Shown here: one piece after another, positions 25,401 through 37,268 of the stretch
Layout: each line of letters starts with the position of its first letter
How positions within the stretch are numbered: the stretch's first letter is position 1
From: Amoebophrya sp. A120
Lineage: Eukaryota > Protista > Dinoflagellata
NCBI GenBank assembly: GCA_905178155.1
Contig: CAJINV010000001.1
Coordinates: 8,693,642 to 8,757,641 of the forward strand
Reading direction: 5' to 3'
DNA: 64,000 nt
Program-made: the position numbers and the translations under genes
The notes under the pieces: model-generated
What the model was told of the DNA's origin: nothing
The model's database searches: none
Seen by the model: the letters and a program-made list of their open reading frames with translations, nothing else

Positions 25401-28400
25401 CGAGGACTGCAGCGCGCGTCAGCACTGCCTTCGATTATCATCGTTTCCGCGCGCTTTCGCTCGTTGGGTGAATTGCGCCAGGAATGTGAATTTATATGTC
25501 GTGCGTAGCAGTTATATCAATTTACATGATCAAGCAAGAGGGTTGCACACTCCGACGTCGGGCTGGCTGCCCGATGTCGACCAGCTTCCGCTGGTTCTCT
25601 GTCCTCTATCTAGAATCTCCGCTTCGTCCGGGCTTGCCTGGACTCGGCGTTTTTTCCCCGCCCTCCCACCCAGCTGCTGCAGCTTCATTGCGAGATACCC
25701 TGCGGCACCCCCCGCAAGCCTCCCCAGATGTTCGGTGGGCCATGTCGTGTTCCACGGCTTGGCCCACCTTCACGTCCGGGGCGTGGCTCTGTGGGGTTTG
25801 AGAGCTTGGCTCGCGCGGCTTGCTACTTGTAGCTCGCTGTGCCGGCCGGGTTCTCTTCTTGCTCGCCAGTGTGACCGTCGCAGGGCGTCCCGCGACGAGG
25901 ACTGCAGCGCGCGTCAGCACTGCCTTCGATTATCATCGTTTCCGCGCGCTTTCGCTCGTTGGGTGAATTGCGCCAGGAGTGTGAATTTATATAATGTTTG
26001 TTCCACCTTGTCGAAAAGGAAAAAAATCGGAATCAGGATCGCGTTGCGAAGAACCGCGAGCGCATTCGCGGTGCCCGGTTTGCGTATTTTGCCCAGCAAA
26101 ACATGGACGAGTTGGAACTTTTGGAGAAGGCACCGGACTGGGTGGCGGAGGGGAAGCTTTCGGAGTGGGACGAGCACCGGCACTTCCAATCGCACAATGA
26201 GGACGGGAGTCCGAAGAGCTACGCCACGCTGGCCGACGAGTTTATGAAGCACAACCGCGACGTGCCGATGACCAAGCGGAAGATGCGTGCACTCGTGGAG
26301 GCCCGCGAGGCGGAGAAAGTGGAGGAGCTCGCGCGGCTTCGCCAGGCGAATGAAAAAATGCTCTCGCTGGACAAGCCCACGGTGGAATCCCGGAAGCGAT
26401 CGTCAAAATTCGGATTGGAAACGGGTTCGGGTGCGTTCGAGCGCCGGTACAGCCCCGCCAACCGGCTCGCCCCCGGCCCGGTGGTGGCCGACCTGGCCGT
26501 GCAGGATCTGCGGGCCGCCGCGGAAGCGCTCGAGCGGGAGGATATCAAATGCAAAAATGTCTGGGTCTGGAAGGATGCAACTTGTGATGCGCATTTCACA
26601 ACACACAAAAATCTCTCATGCATAGGTAGCAAAAGCTGCCCACTTTCTGTCACCAAAATGGGGGATTTGTCATGTTGATTTGGCATTGCTGAAGCTTCTC
26701 GAAGCCTGTGATGCTAGAGCTTCCATGCCAGACCTTCTGTGTCATGCAAAAACAGTATGACTCTTCCAGACCCAGACATTTTTACATTTCATAGAGGACG
26801 AGCTCATGCAACGCAGAGACGCCGCAGTCGGAGTGGTCGCGCGGCGCCCCAAGTCCGCACCCGCGGTGGAGACTACTACATCCAGTGCTGCGGAGGGTGC
26901 AGCTCCTGTGCTGGACGACACGATGAACAACTCGCTGAATTATACCATGAAGAGTGGCGCTGGTGCACTTTCCACGTCTAGCAGCAAACAACCCGGTGGA
27001 GGAAGCAGATCTAGTGGTCTCACGACCCGCCAGGGGGAGAACATCAAGATGGCGTATCACCACTCCCGGGGGATGGTGAGACCCCTGGGTGCACCCGGGT
27101 GGAACTCGTGTCCCCGGTCCGCCAAGACCTTTGACGGCATCGCACCGGCGCACCACTGGAAGAAGCGCCAGGGTTCGCGCCGCCCGGATGGAACCAGTGC
27201 GTACGAGCGGGTCGGTGGGCAGCATCACCGCATCCCGACCTCCGCCTCCGACGTCGGCCAGCACTTCCCGAGGGGCGCCGCCGACCGCCTGCGCCAGGTC
27301 ATTTTCACCCGAGCAAAAGCCAAGGCGAGACCGCCGGTTGCAGTGCCGGAAAGGCCGCTATTCACGCAAGGCGGAACACTGCTCAGTGAGCAGCCCCGTT
27401 TCTTGTCATACCAGAAATCGGTGGAACCTGGCGAATTAGATGTAGCGGAACACGAGGCAGCGGCAAAAGATTTTGAGAACTACGCCAACGAGAACAACAA
27501 CGTCGTTGACCGACAGGACGTCTCGGGCTATCGGGTGGTAACCAAACAAGACGACATCACCTCTCAAGGCTACGACGAGGGAGATATGGCGAGTGGCGGA
27601 TCACGAGGAGATTTGCTAAAATCCGGAACGTCAGGACCCCTGGATAAGAGCGGTAAGTACTTGTGTTGAAGACCTTTGTTGTTTAGTCTTCCTCTTCTAA
27701 AAATTCAGTCCAAAGCATGTACAGCTAAGTTCAAGGTCGTTCTTAGGAGACAGACTACTTAAATGTTTTTACGTGCACACAACGAAAGGAAAACTGAAAC
27801 TTTTCAGTAATCGTAAAAATATCAACGGCAGATCATGTTACTTTATCCTGATACTCGACTGATAGATTTTCTGCTCCTTCAGGTACAGGGAGGAACAAGA
27901 GTAACGTGACCGTCAGTGAAGACATTGACGCACTGATACAGCGCACGCTCGAAGGCCACTTGCGTAAAGCGATAGCGGAAGAGGGGCCGGACTCGGAGCG
28001 CGCGCTCGCCATATCCATGAAGTTGGGTCTAAGCCGGACACCGAGTCGGAAGCCGCCGTCTTCTTCAAAGGCCTCGGTGCTTGGGAAAGAGCCCTCGGGC
28101 GCAGACTTTCCGGATTCTGATGACGTCCCGCCCACGACGGAGGAGGAAACCATCTTTGTGCCCCCGACCAAACAGGAGGCCAGGGTGAGTGCCGCGCAGG
28201 GACGCGGAAGCAGCACAGCTAGTGCCGCTGATCGCGGAACGACTGGTAGCAAAAAAAGCGCTTCTGCTAGTGGTGCTGCAACACGACCTGCCGGCGTCAA
28301 AAAGTACAAGGAGCTGGGTGCTACAGTGGACGCCAGGGAAGTAAGTGAGTTCAACAGAACGAGCAAAGAACCAAGAAATGCCAACGACGCGGATGAGCAA

Positions 28401-31400
28401 CAAGATTACTCGGAGCCGCGTTCACTCTCGGAGTTGGTTGCGACGGGACGTGGTACTATCAGTAAAGGACCCCGGGATAAAGCCGCGTTCACGAAAGAGC
28501 GCGGCTCGAGCGCAGACTCAGCCGAACGTAACAGAGACAACCAGGCAGGTACTCGTCCTTCCGGTCCAGCGGCCGCGGCCACACGGTCTTCTAATGACGC
28601 AAGTCGGAGGACCTCGAGAGCTCACGATGACACCGAGGGTAGCTATGCGCGGTCGCGGTCGCCCCCTTTACCGACCGAAGCTCCCGCCTTCCACATGCTG
28701 GTTTCCCGGTTCTCCCAGCCAGAACCCAACGAGGCCGGGCAAGCCATCCGCGGCCTTCGCGACCCGCTGACAAACCTTCCGCCCGAAACGAGTCCGCTGG
28801 ACGAAAACCGAAAGCAACAGCACTTCGGGGAGCGCCGGCTCGACCCGCGTGACGGTATTCCACTGTCCTACGACGCGTGGCTTACCAAGTATCCATGGAG
28901 CAGCGACGACCAGGCGCGCGAGGTTTGGGGCGAGCTGATTTTGCACCACATGTCCCAGGGGGACGACCACGAGGTGCGGACAAGCGCGGCGCTTGCAGTC
29001 GCACCGGGAAGTGGACGCGCGACCAGCTCAAAAAATAACAGAGCGGGGGCCAGCACTCCAACGAGAAAAACCTCGTTGGACGAAGAACAACCACCCGTCC
29101 CGCGATTGCCTTCTCAACAAAAGAGCTACCGTCGTGACCAACAGACTCCGAGCCCGCCGCGGCAGCAGGGGCAACCGGTGCCGGAGGTGCGCCCGACGCA
29201 AGTGGACTTTCCGGCCAAGCGAGTCGGGCAAGACGGCAGAAGTCCGGGCTTGCTCGGGGCCGGACGGGGGGTCGGGGGGTTCGATATGTTTGGCCCCAGC
29301 AAACGGCCGACAAAGCCGGCGGAAAGTTTACCCGCCCCGTACAACACCAGTCACGTTGGTCCCGGGGGGGCGACCAAAGTCGCTTTTCCCTTCGGTATGA
29401 ACGCCTCTCTACAACCACTCACGGCGGCGACGGCCCATCCTTTCGCCACCGATGCGATGATACCAACCCGCATTCCAATGCGCGGGGACCACCGCGGAGT
29501 AGGAACAATGGCAGCGTCCTCCCGTGGTGAAACCAATCCATATTTTGCATCACCCAGCACCGCCGCAGCACCACCAGGCCGAGGACGCCCGGGAGCGAGT
29601 ACGAGCCCCTTCGCGCAGCGGCTTTTCGGTTACCAGGGTGCAGCTAGGGGGGAATCTTTTTCAAACCCCGCAACATCCGCCTCGCCGAGTAAGCAGAACT
29701 TCATGTTTATGCCAGAAGGAGCAGCGGCGGGCCACGACAATCAGCAGTGGATTGCGATGATGCTTGCCACTCAGCAACAGTTGCTTGCCGCGCTCGCAGC
29801 GCAAAATATGGGTGGCGGGATACTTGTACCGCAGCTTCCGGGATCAGGGTCTTCATCTTCCGCTAGCTATACCCCCTCCACCGAACGAGGACCCCCTCCA
29901 CGAACCAGGACCAGCAAGGCCGATGTAGAAGCAGCAGTGACAGTAAGAACGCCAGCAGTTCCAGTTCAGCAGCTGCCCTGGGCGAGAGCACCAGATCATG
30001 AGGTATTTCAACCAAGAAGCAGGACTACGTCGCCTGAAAAGGTAGCCTCTGCGTCGAGTAGAACTGCAGCTGCAGCCAACAAGGTTCTGATCGACTACGA
30101 TACGAGAGTCAGTCAGATAGGGACCATGTTAGACGCAGAGAAACATCAAACAGCCGATCATCTTGACGGCGACCAGGTGGAGGTGCGGGGAACGCGACCA
30201 CCAGCACCATTGAAATTGCTAACGCAGTTCACACGCGCCACACCAAACACAAATTTTCACGCGAGCTGCGAAACATCGCTGGAGGAACCCATCGGCAAAG
30301 CAAATGATGAAACTACCACAACCAACAACTACGTTGCTGTAGCTGCTGTTGACGATGTAATTGTGGACTCGTATAAAAATGTAGTTCCAGAAGTTGCGAG
30401 AGCACAGCTTTTGCAAGATGCAGCTACACCAGATGAAAGTCGTGCAAAGGACTTGGTCCAGAGCTGCAGCAGAGCGGCGAGAAAATTTGATCCAGTGGAA
30501 CCACCGGCTGAGATCATTTCCGAGGAATTTTATTCCCCGGGAGTAAAGAGACCGTCTCTAGACGCGGGGCTTGGTTCTCCAGACCAACCGGGCCGGTCGT
30601 CGCCGGAGGTGCCGCGTTTGGTCGTCTCGTCCGCCGAGGCGGAGGGGGCAGAAAAAAAGTCACCGCTGGTGCCGGGGGGACGCGAGGACAATATTAAGAC
30701 AGCGGTTGTTCATGTTGACCTTGACGTCGAGATCGAGCGAAATGGTGCTGGGCCCGTGCAGCTATTAGATCTCAGCGTGGGGGGCGAAACTATTTCACGA
30801 GCGGACACGACAGAGGACAACGCCTCGTCTTCTCGTTTGTTCGCGGGGGCCGAACCCGATGTCGCTTGTTCGTCGTCCACGACAGGATCGCAATTCCGGA
30901 GCAACCAGGCGCAGCTGGCCGAGCCGCGGCGCGGTGACGAGCCGCCCCGGGCACGCAGCAACGTGAGTTGGCGACGGTCAGGTGACTTGCCAGAAAATAT
31001 TAAGGGAGAGCGCACCAACAAAAGCGGCTTCAGCGACATGTTGTTCGATCCCGCGACGGCACTCTCATCGGCACCCACGCCCGCCACGGCAACCACCGCG
31101 ACCGCGAGTCGCCTCGATCACCTACTGGCGCAGGCCGCGGCCCGGGAGGTACAGCTCGAGGAACCTGGGTTGTTCGAGAGAAACCCACTGCTGGCCGCAT
31201 CAAGGGACGGCGGAGAGCGGCAACTTTCTTCGTTCGGAACCCCGGGCGGCGGAGCTCCACTTCATCCCGGAGGTACAACTAGAAACACCAAAAGTCCGAC
31301 GACCCGCAGCGAAGCGAATTCTCTATCGCCGTCCACGGCTGGGGCAGCCACCCGGAAGATCGAGCACCTGTCCGGGGGGTTGTTCGAGAGCTTCGCCGGC

Positions 31401-31613
31401 GTGCGGGGCCGCTTGCGCAGCACCGGGGGCAACAACTCCGCCTCCTCGCCAGAGATGGATCACCGCTCGCTACAGGAAGCCAAGGCGAAAGTTATGAAGA
31501 ATCTCTTCTCGCAGTCCTCGGGTCCCCCGCGCCAACGCGTCCACCGTGGCGCTGCTAGTACTGGTGCAGCAAGCACGCCGAAGATCTACACGCCGTTGCC
31601 GGAGATGCAATGA
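22452..31613 (+). CDS. Large (~1930 aa) low-complexity hypothetical protein; exons 22452-22630, 22845-22921, 23206-23575, 23826-23889, 26019-26542, 26799-27652, 27883-31613
   Basis: Three introners (I, J, B), a GC-AG intron 23576-23825 and GT-AG introns 23890-26018 and 27653-27882 join all ORF pieces into 5799 nt in frame. The middle exons are less certain. Confidence 0.6.
22631..22839. mobile_element. Introner I (TIR family 2), 209 bp
   Basis: TATCCAGGAAAAAAAGTGTGTAAGTGTAA...TTACACTTACACAGTTTTTTTCTTGCATA; TSD GACGA; reverse-complement homolog of 45938-46151. Confidence 0.92.
22922..23200. mobile_element. Introner J (TIR family 3), 279 bp
   Basis: Perfect 32-bp TIR TATCCTGAGTAAAAACGTACCCACACCAGAGT; TSD GAAAC; frame restored into ORF 23280. 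Confidence 0.93.
24009..25992. repeat. Four head-to-tail 495-bp units, nearly identical, probably intronic
   Basis: Units start at 24009, 24504, 24999 and 25494. The only difference I noticed is A>G at 25979. Confidence 0.95.
26543..26793. mobile_element. Introner B (TIR family 1), 251 bp
   Basis: TATCAAATGCAAAAATGTCTGGGTCTGGAAG...CTTCCAGACCCAGACATTTTTACATTTCATA; TSD GAGGA; restores LERED|ELMQRR. Confidence 0.93.
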
Positions 31614-33186
31614 AAAATTTCGAGACAATTAATTATCATCATTTCCATGAAACAAAAAGTAAATAGAAACACAGGAAGATGATGAACACGTACACGAGGC
31701 ATAGATACTTACTCCTCATGATGAGTGTCGTTTTCGAGCCTTACTATTCATTGCTTCGTACCAGTACCAGTTAAGAAATGTGCCGTCTCTGGGTGAGAAA
31801 TGCCTTAGTGCCACGTGCTCGTCTCCTGGAGCACCCGACTGATGATACAAAATCAATGAACAAGGAATAAAAGAATGCCAAACTACCAATAGATTCTACT
31901 GCGGAATATCGTTTTCAAACATAACAATGGTTTTATTAGCAAGTGCCACAACATTGATTTTTGTTTAATCATTTTCATGTGTGTGCTGCAGGTCCAGGTG
32001 CAGCTTCACTCACTCTTATTCATGCATCGTTTCATCTGTTTTTTAATTTTAGCTCCTAGTTCATCATCATCCACCTCGTACGTGCTTCCTTCTAGCGCTA
32101 GCCTGTTCGTTGGGGCCAGCACTCACGGCCTACTTCCAATCACACACATCAATCATACTAAACCAGTAGTCATCTGGAAAAGGCTAAAAGCTTGAGCTTC
32201 CCTGGTTATATTTTGATTTGCTGTACAGTATTACTTAACTACTAACTCTAAGGATTGAACGAGATGCACATGCATGCTGTGAACAATTTTCTGCTTCTGT
32301 ATTCATAAAGCTCAGTGGCAGTTGACTGGGCCTGGTCGGAATTTCGAATGCGAATCTCAACAGGAAATGAAAGATTTAGGAAACCATGCTCGCAGATTTA
32401 GCAAACCACCTTGTCTGTACAGATTCATTGAACACCACCAATATTTTCCTTCTCATTCATATTTTTATGTCAGGTTTCGTGGGACATACAAAGATGTGCC
32501 TCCGTCCGAAACAAAGGACAGCGGAGGAAATCGCGTCGAGTGTTAAGTATCGATGCCAGTGATGCGCATGCGACAGATCCAACGCATCCGCACGTTGCAC
32601 GATCCTTTCTTTTTGATTTTTGAAACCGTGTGACAGTGCGACGATCTTCAGGATCTATCTTTGAATGGACCACAATTTCCCATCTCCATTTTTTCTTTGT
32701 AGTTGTACCTACTTTTTTTTTTTGGGTGCACAAAAAGAAGATGAAGAAGTGATGCGAGAGGGAGTCCGTCGATTGTCCATTATTTTTTGGAGGCGATTTT
32801 TTTTTTGTTGAAGGCAATAGTCTAAGTCTTAGTTCTTAGTCTTTATCGATCAGTGTCCGACCACCTGAGCATCAGCGGGTAAGCCTGATGCTTTTTTTTT
32901 GGGATCCTCAATGATATAAGTTTGTGATGTTGATGTGCCAGTCAGTCTCCCGCAGTGTTGGAGTTTGATGTTGTAACTCTCTTTGAGGCATTGTATCATA
33001 TGTTGCAGGTAGCGTCTTATGCCGCGAGATAAAACAGGGTTTTTTCCCTTTTGATATACTTAATTTTCCTTGAAACTGCTAAACAGTCGGAATTTAAATT
33101 TTGATTTTCCGTATCCCTATTATCTTGTGCTAGAATTCGTATGAAGACGGGACCTCATCCTCAAGTTTGATTGAGAAAGAAGTACT

Positions 33187-34891
33187 ATGGCGAGTTCGAG
33201 CGGATCGAAGGGATGGCGTGATGCCAGCTCCAGTACTACAGCACTGGCTGTGACCGCCTTGGTCTCGACGGTGGTAGGGACCTACCTCGCCGTAGAGCAC
33301 TACAGGAGAAAAAACTCTACTAGCTCCTCAAGCAGCCAAGCCCTTTCCAAGGACAGGACGAAGGAAATTTTGCAGAAACTCGCAGCGGCGTTCCACGAAA
33401 AGTGCCGGGAGTTCAGCGAGATGAGCTTTTCCGTCCGCGAAAATTTGGAGGCGAAAAACATGTCGGTAAAATAAATGTGGTGCTACTATTTGTTCATCAT
33501 GGACAACGTCGTAGATCGATAGTTGTACTGGTACTTAAGTAACTTCTCTTGCAATTTTGTCAACCTTTTGCTTTTGCTTTGCAAAGACATCGGTACTATG
33601 TATAAATAGGCGGAGTAGAATGAATGAAAGTCTTGAGAAGATGTTAATTCTCCCGACAGAGTGATTTTCATTTTTACGTTGTTTGTACTTCATGCACATC
33701 TATCGCCATTGTTCACAGTTTCCGGAAGAGCAGCTGAAGCAGCAGCTCGTACAGCAGAGCGGCGCTATGGAGAAGCTGGAGGCCATTCAGATGGCGGTGC
33801 TGCAGGAGTCGGGTGTGGCGCCGGAAGAGATCCAGGCCGCACAGGAGCGATACCAAAAAGATGCGGACATCAGCGAGCTCTCTGCCAGCTTCGACACGAT
33901 GCTCGCAGACGCTTTGTCCGGTCTCGTACCTTTACTGCCCCTGATCAAGAAACCACAAATCGCGGACTCTGAGATCGTACTAGTATTGCTTTCATACTGG
34001 AATAGGCAGAAGTGCAGTAGTACAGCGAATTTATTGTCGTGCATACAAAAATGTAAATCGGATTTTTAGAAGAAAAAGAACTCCATTTATAATTCGATTT
34101 CAGCACGGCAGCCGTTTCTTGCTTTTTTGTGTCTCCTGATTTCATGGTGAATTTCCACATACTATCACTAACAGATCATAGACGTTCTCCAGGAGATCAA
34201 CGAAGGTGAGGTCCTGGAGCTGTGTCGGCATTTTCGCGAGACGGGCGTGACCCACCACAGCGTGCAGCACCTGGGTGAGGTCATCACTAAGGCACGCGCC
34301 GACGTGGAGAAAGAGGCGGTAGCACGCATGTACTACGGTAAGAGCGTGGCGGAATTCTGGACCGCAGTTGGGTATTTCGACCGGATGTCCTTCAAATTTC
34401 TCAGTGAACGCCGGAAGTTGACCAGAGCCCACCGCCTAAGGCTGGTACGTGATTTTAATTCTTGCAGCGCTGCGGATGCTATAATGTATTTCGTGATGTT
34501 GAGGGGGTGTTGCTGTTGCGTGCGTGCTACTCAATTTAAATTATTGAAACGTTATCTACTCCTAATTGATTCATTTAAACAGTCGAAGCTCTTCGTACCG
34601 GTTGAGGCCCAAGGCGGCAAAGGAAAGGACGGCAGCGTGCCGGGGGTGCAGTTGGCTCCTGACGCACCACCTCCACCCCCTACCGCTGAACGGGAAAAAG
34701 CAGCGGCTCCTTTGCTAACGACTACGAGTCCAAGTCCGCAAAAAAAAGTATTCGAATCGAGGAAGGAGTTCGAGGAGGGGCGAGCAGCCGAAGAAAGGAA
34801 ACTACAACTCGAGGAGAGGCGAGCAGCCGAAGAAAGGATGAAACTACTCGAAGAAAGGCAAGCAGCCGAAGAAAATCGAAGAGACGAATAA
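33187..34891 (+). CDS. N-terminally anchored helical hypothetical protein, 4 exons
   Basis: TM segment ALAVTALVSTVVGTYLAV. GT-AG introns at about 33466-33718, 33977-34174 and 34445-34582 join the ORFs in frame. E/R-rich repeats at the C-terminus. Confidence 0.7.
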
Positions 34892-35944
34892 AGTCTGCAG
34901 AGTACCATGGGCCACATTCCGCGAAAGCGAGAGCGACTCGTTACTTTCACCTCCAACAGGGGAGGTATCTATCAAGTATGTCATACTTTTTTTTCTATAC
35001 GCACGAGCCGGCTCACAATGTATACAGTAAGGCGACAATGAAATTCAAATTTGACTTACGCGGATATTGATGATGTGATTGCGACCATAGGCATAGCGCT
35101 TCCTTTATATTGCTTACAACGAACTTACCACACACAGTAAAAGTTTTCTTCTGCGGCGATTCCCGCCCGACACGAATAATGTTGATTCTGGTGAAAAGAC
35201 TCCTTTCGTTCCTTCTAGTACTATTCCCACTCGGTGGCCGCTGCTCGGAAGAGGAACAGAGGAAGCAGGATCTTGCTTCTGGAGTGGTATCATCCATAAG
35301 AAAGTGTGCTCGACGACCTGTATGTCAAAATAACAATAAGGCGACCGGAGCTTCGTTCGAACTTCGAGCTCTTCCTTCAATTTCTCTAACCATAAGGAGC
35401 GCCACTAAGCAGGGCATAGTTCCAACCCAGGGCGCGCTTGCACCGATAATCGCATGAGAATTTGCGCGAGAAATTCAAATGAGTGCTAACAGGCAGCGAA
35501 AATCTAGATCGTCACGTGTCTGTGATTCGAGGCACACTGTGATCAATCAAAATCTGCACTTGCAACGGAGACAAGTACAAGGAGAAGTGACTATCAGTGT
35601 TCATAGTGATCGCCCTTCAAGAATTTGTGCCGCGATATTTCACGTACATGTCCTTGCCCCGGGGCTGAAGTTCTTAGTTGTTTTTCTCCGGGATTTATTT
35701 CCACTTGCACTTCCGACAAAAACGTTTCGCAGAATTGTATATAATTTCTATTTCATTTGAATAAGGACCTGGGAGTTGTTTCTCCAACTGCCAAGAGCAA
35801 CCCAGCGAGTTCAAATCCAGCGGGCGCATGCTAAACGAAAGCAAGAGGAAGAACGAAGTACTGAGGACGACAGGAACAGCAGCAGCCAAAGCCATCCTTC
35901 TATGTCGTTTTTGGAACTTTTATAGCCCTTTTGTCAGTAATTTG

Positions 35945-36044
35945 NNNNNNNNNNNNNNNNNNNNNNNNNNNNNNNNNNNNNNNNNNNNNNNNNNNNNNNN
36001 NNNNNNNNNNNNNNNNNNNNNNNNNNNNNNNNNNNNNNNNNNNN
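35945..36044. other. Assembly gap (100 N)
   Basis: Run of N. Confidence 1.
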
Positions 36045-37268
36045 AAAAAATATAATTTCTATTTCACACCTACGTTGGTGACCAGGTCCTCCTCGTACAA
36101 CACAAATGCCCCCGATATTTTGTCGTTTAGTTTTTTCGAAAATATTCAAAACAACTCTAGCGCAATGACGGTGAGGCTCTCGTTTGATCGTGGTCGCCTC
36201 GGTCCAGTATCGTTGTCGCACATGAGGTTGCAGCAAGCGAGAGACATGATTCAATATCGTGCTTTGTTTTCCTTTTCCACCAATCGAATTCGATTTCGTT
36301 TCGGTTACCAATAGATTGATAGAAGCCGCGTAGAAGCAGGATATTGGTGGCACTGTTGGTGTATCCCATGTACTCAAAAATTTTTTTGGCATTGTTTGCA
36401 TGGAAATCAAGCGCATTACAAGAAGATGAAATTTATGATAGCAACGTATTTGTTGGCAATCAGAAACTACACGTTATTGCTAAATATGCTGATCACTCGC
36501 AATAACAATATGAAAGAGACAGTAGATCGAGTTCCACTTCCATGTGGGGTTTGCGTTTGGGATGACATTGGCAAAACAAACATACGATCATAAAATCGAC
36601 GCGAAAAATTAGAATTCATGATCATGAAGATCCCACATAATATTCTTTCAAGCAACGAACTTAAACGAATGCAAAAAAATCCAACGTTGACAAAAATAAA
36701 ATGTGGCTCCTTGTCATTTCTGTTTGGTAGGGTGAAAATCATATGACCTGGTCAGGGAACTACAACACGAAGATGAAATGTTTGAGTCCAAAAGTCGCAA
36801 TCAACAATTTTGGCAGGGATACATTAATTTTGTTTTGTGTGCGGCATGACTGCGGAAATGCTCACCGCACCATTTGATTTTCGTAGCATGCGGAAATATC
36901 GCTATCGCAGGATCTGAGGCCGCCGACCCTGGGTCGACGGCTTTAGAGCATGTAGACAGTTCTTGTATACCTAGGCATGAAACAACCATGAATATCAGAA
37001 GAATCTTGAATTACACGATTATATTAATGACACAAAGTATGGGTGAACTTTTGGAAGGTAGGAGAAGACGAAGAGTATAATTCTAAAGCTCAGATTCATA
37101 GCACGACAACGACAGAAAAATTACTATACGACATCTTGACAACTGCAACTCCATGTAGCAGGGTACTTTTTTTTTCGGTTGATCGTTGCTGCGGCCTGTT
37201 TTGAGTGTGTTTCCTTGATCCGGAAGCATAACTCTTGTACTTGTAAAAAAGCAGGACTGTGAAACTTG

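Noticed and set aside
24009-25992. CRISPR array or rDNA repeat
   Set aside because: There are no unique spacers and no recognisable rRNA or tRNA sequence.
23809-26247. 812-aa ORF with four 165-aa repeats
   Set aside because: It arises because the 495-bp unit is a multiple of 3 and has one stop-free frame. The composition is implausible, and the array fits inside a GT-AG intron (23890-26018).
35739-36066. 17-bp repeat ATATAATTTCTATTTCA on both sides of the N gap
   Set aside because: It is short, AT-rich and next to the gap, so it is likely chance or assembly-related.
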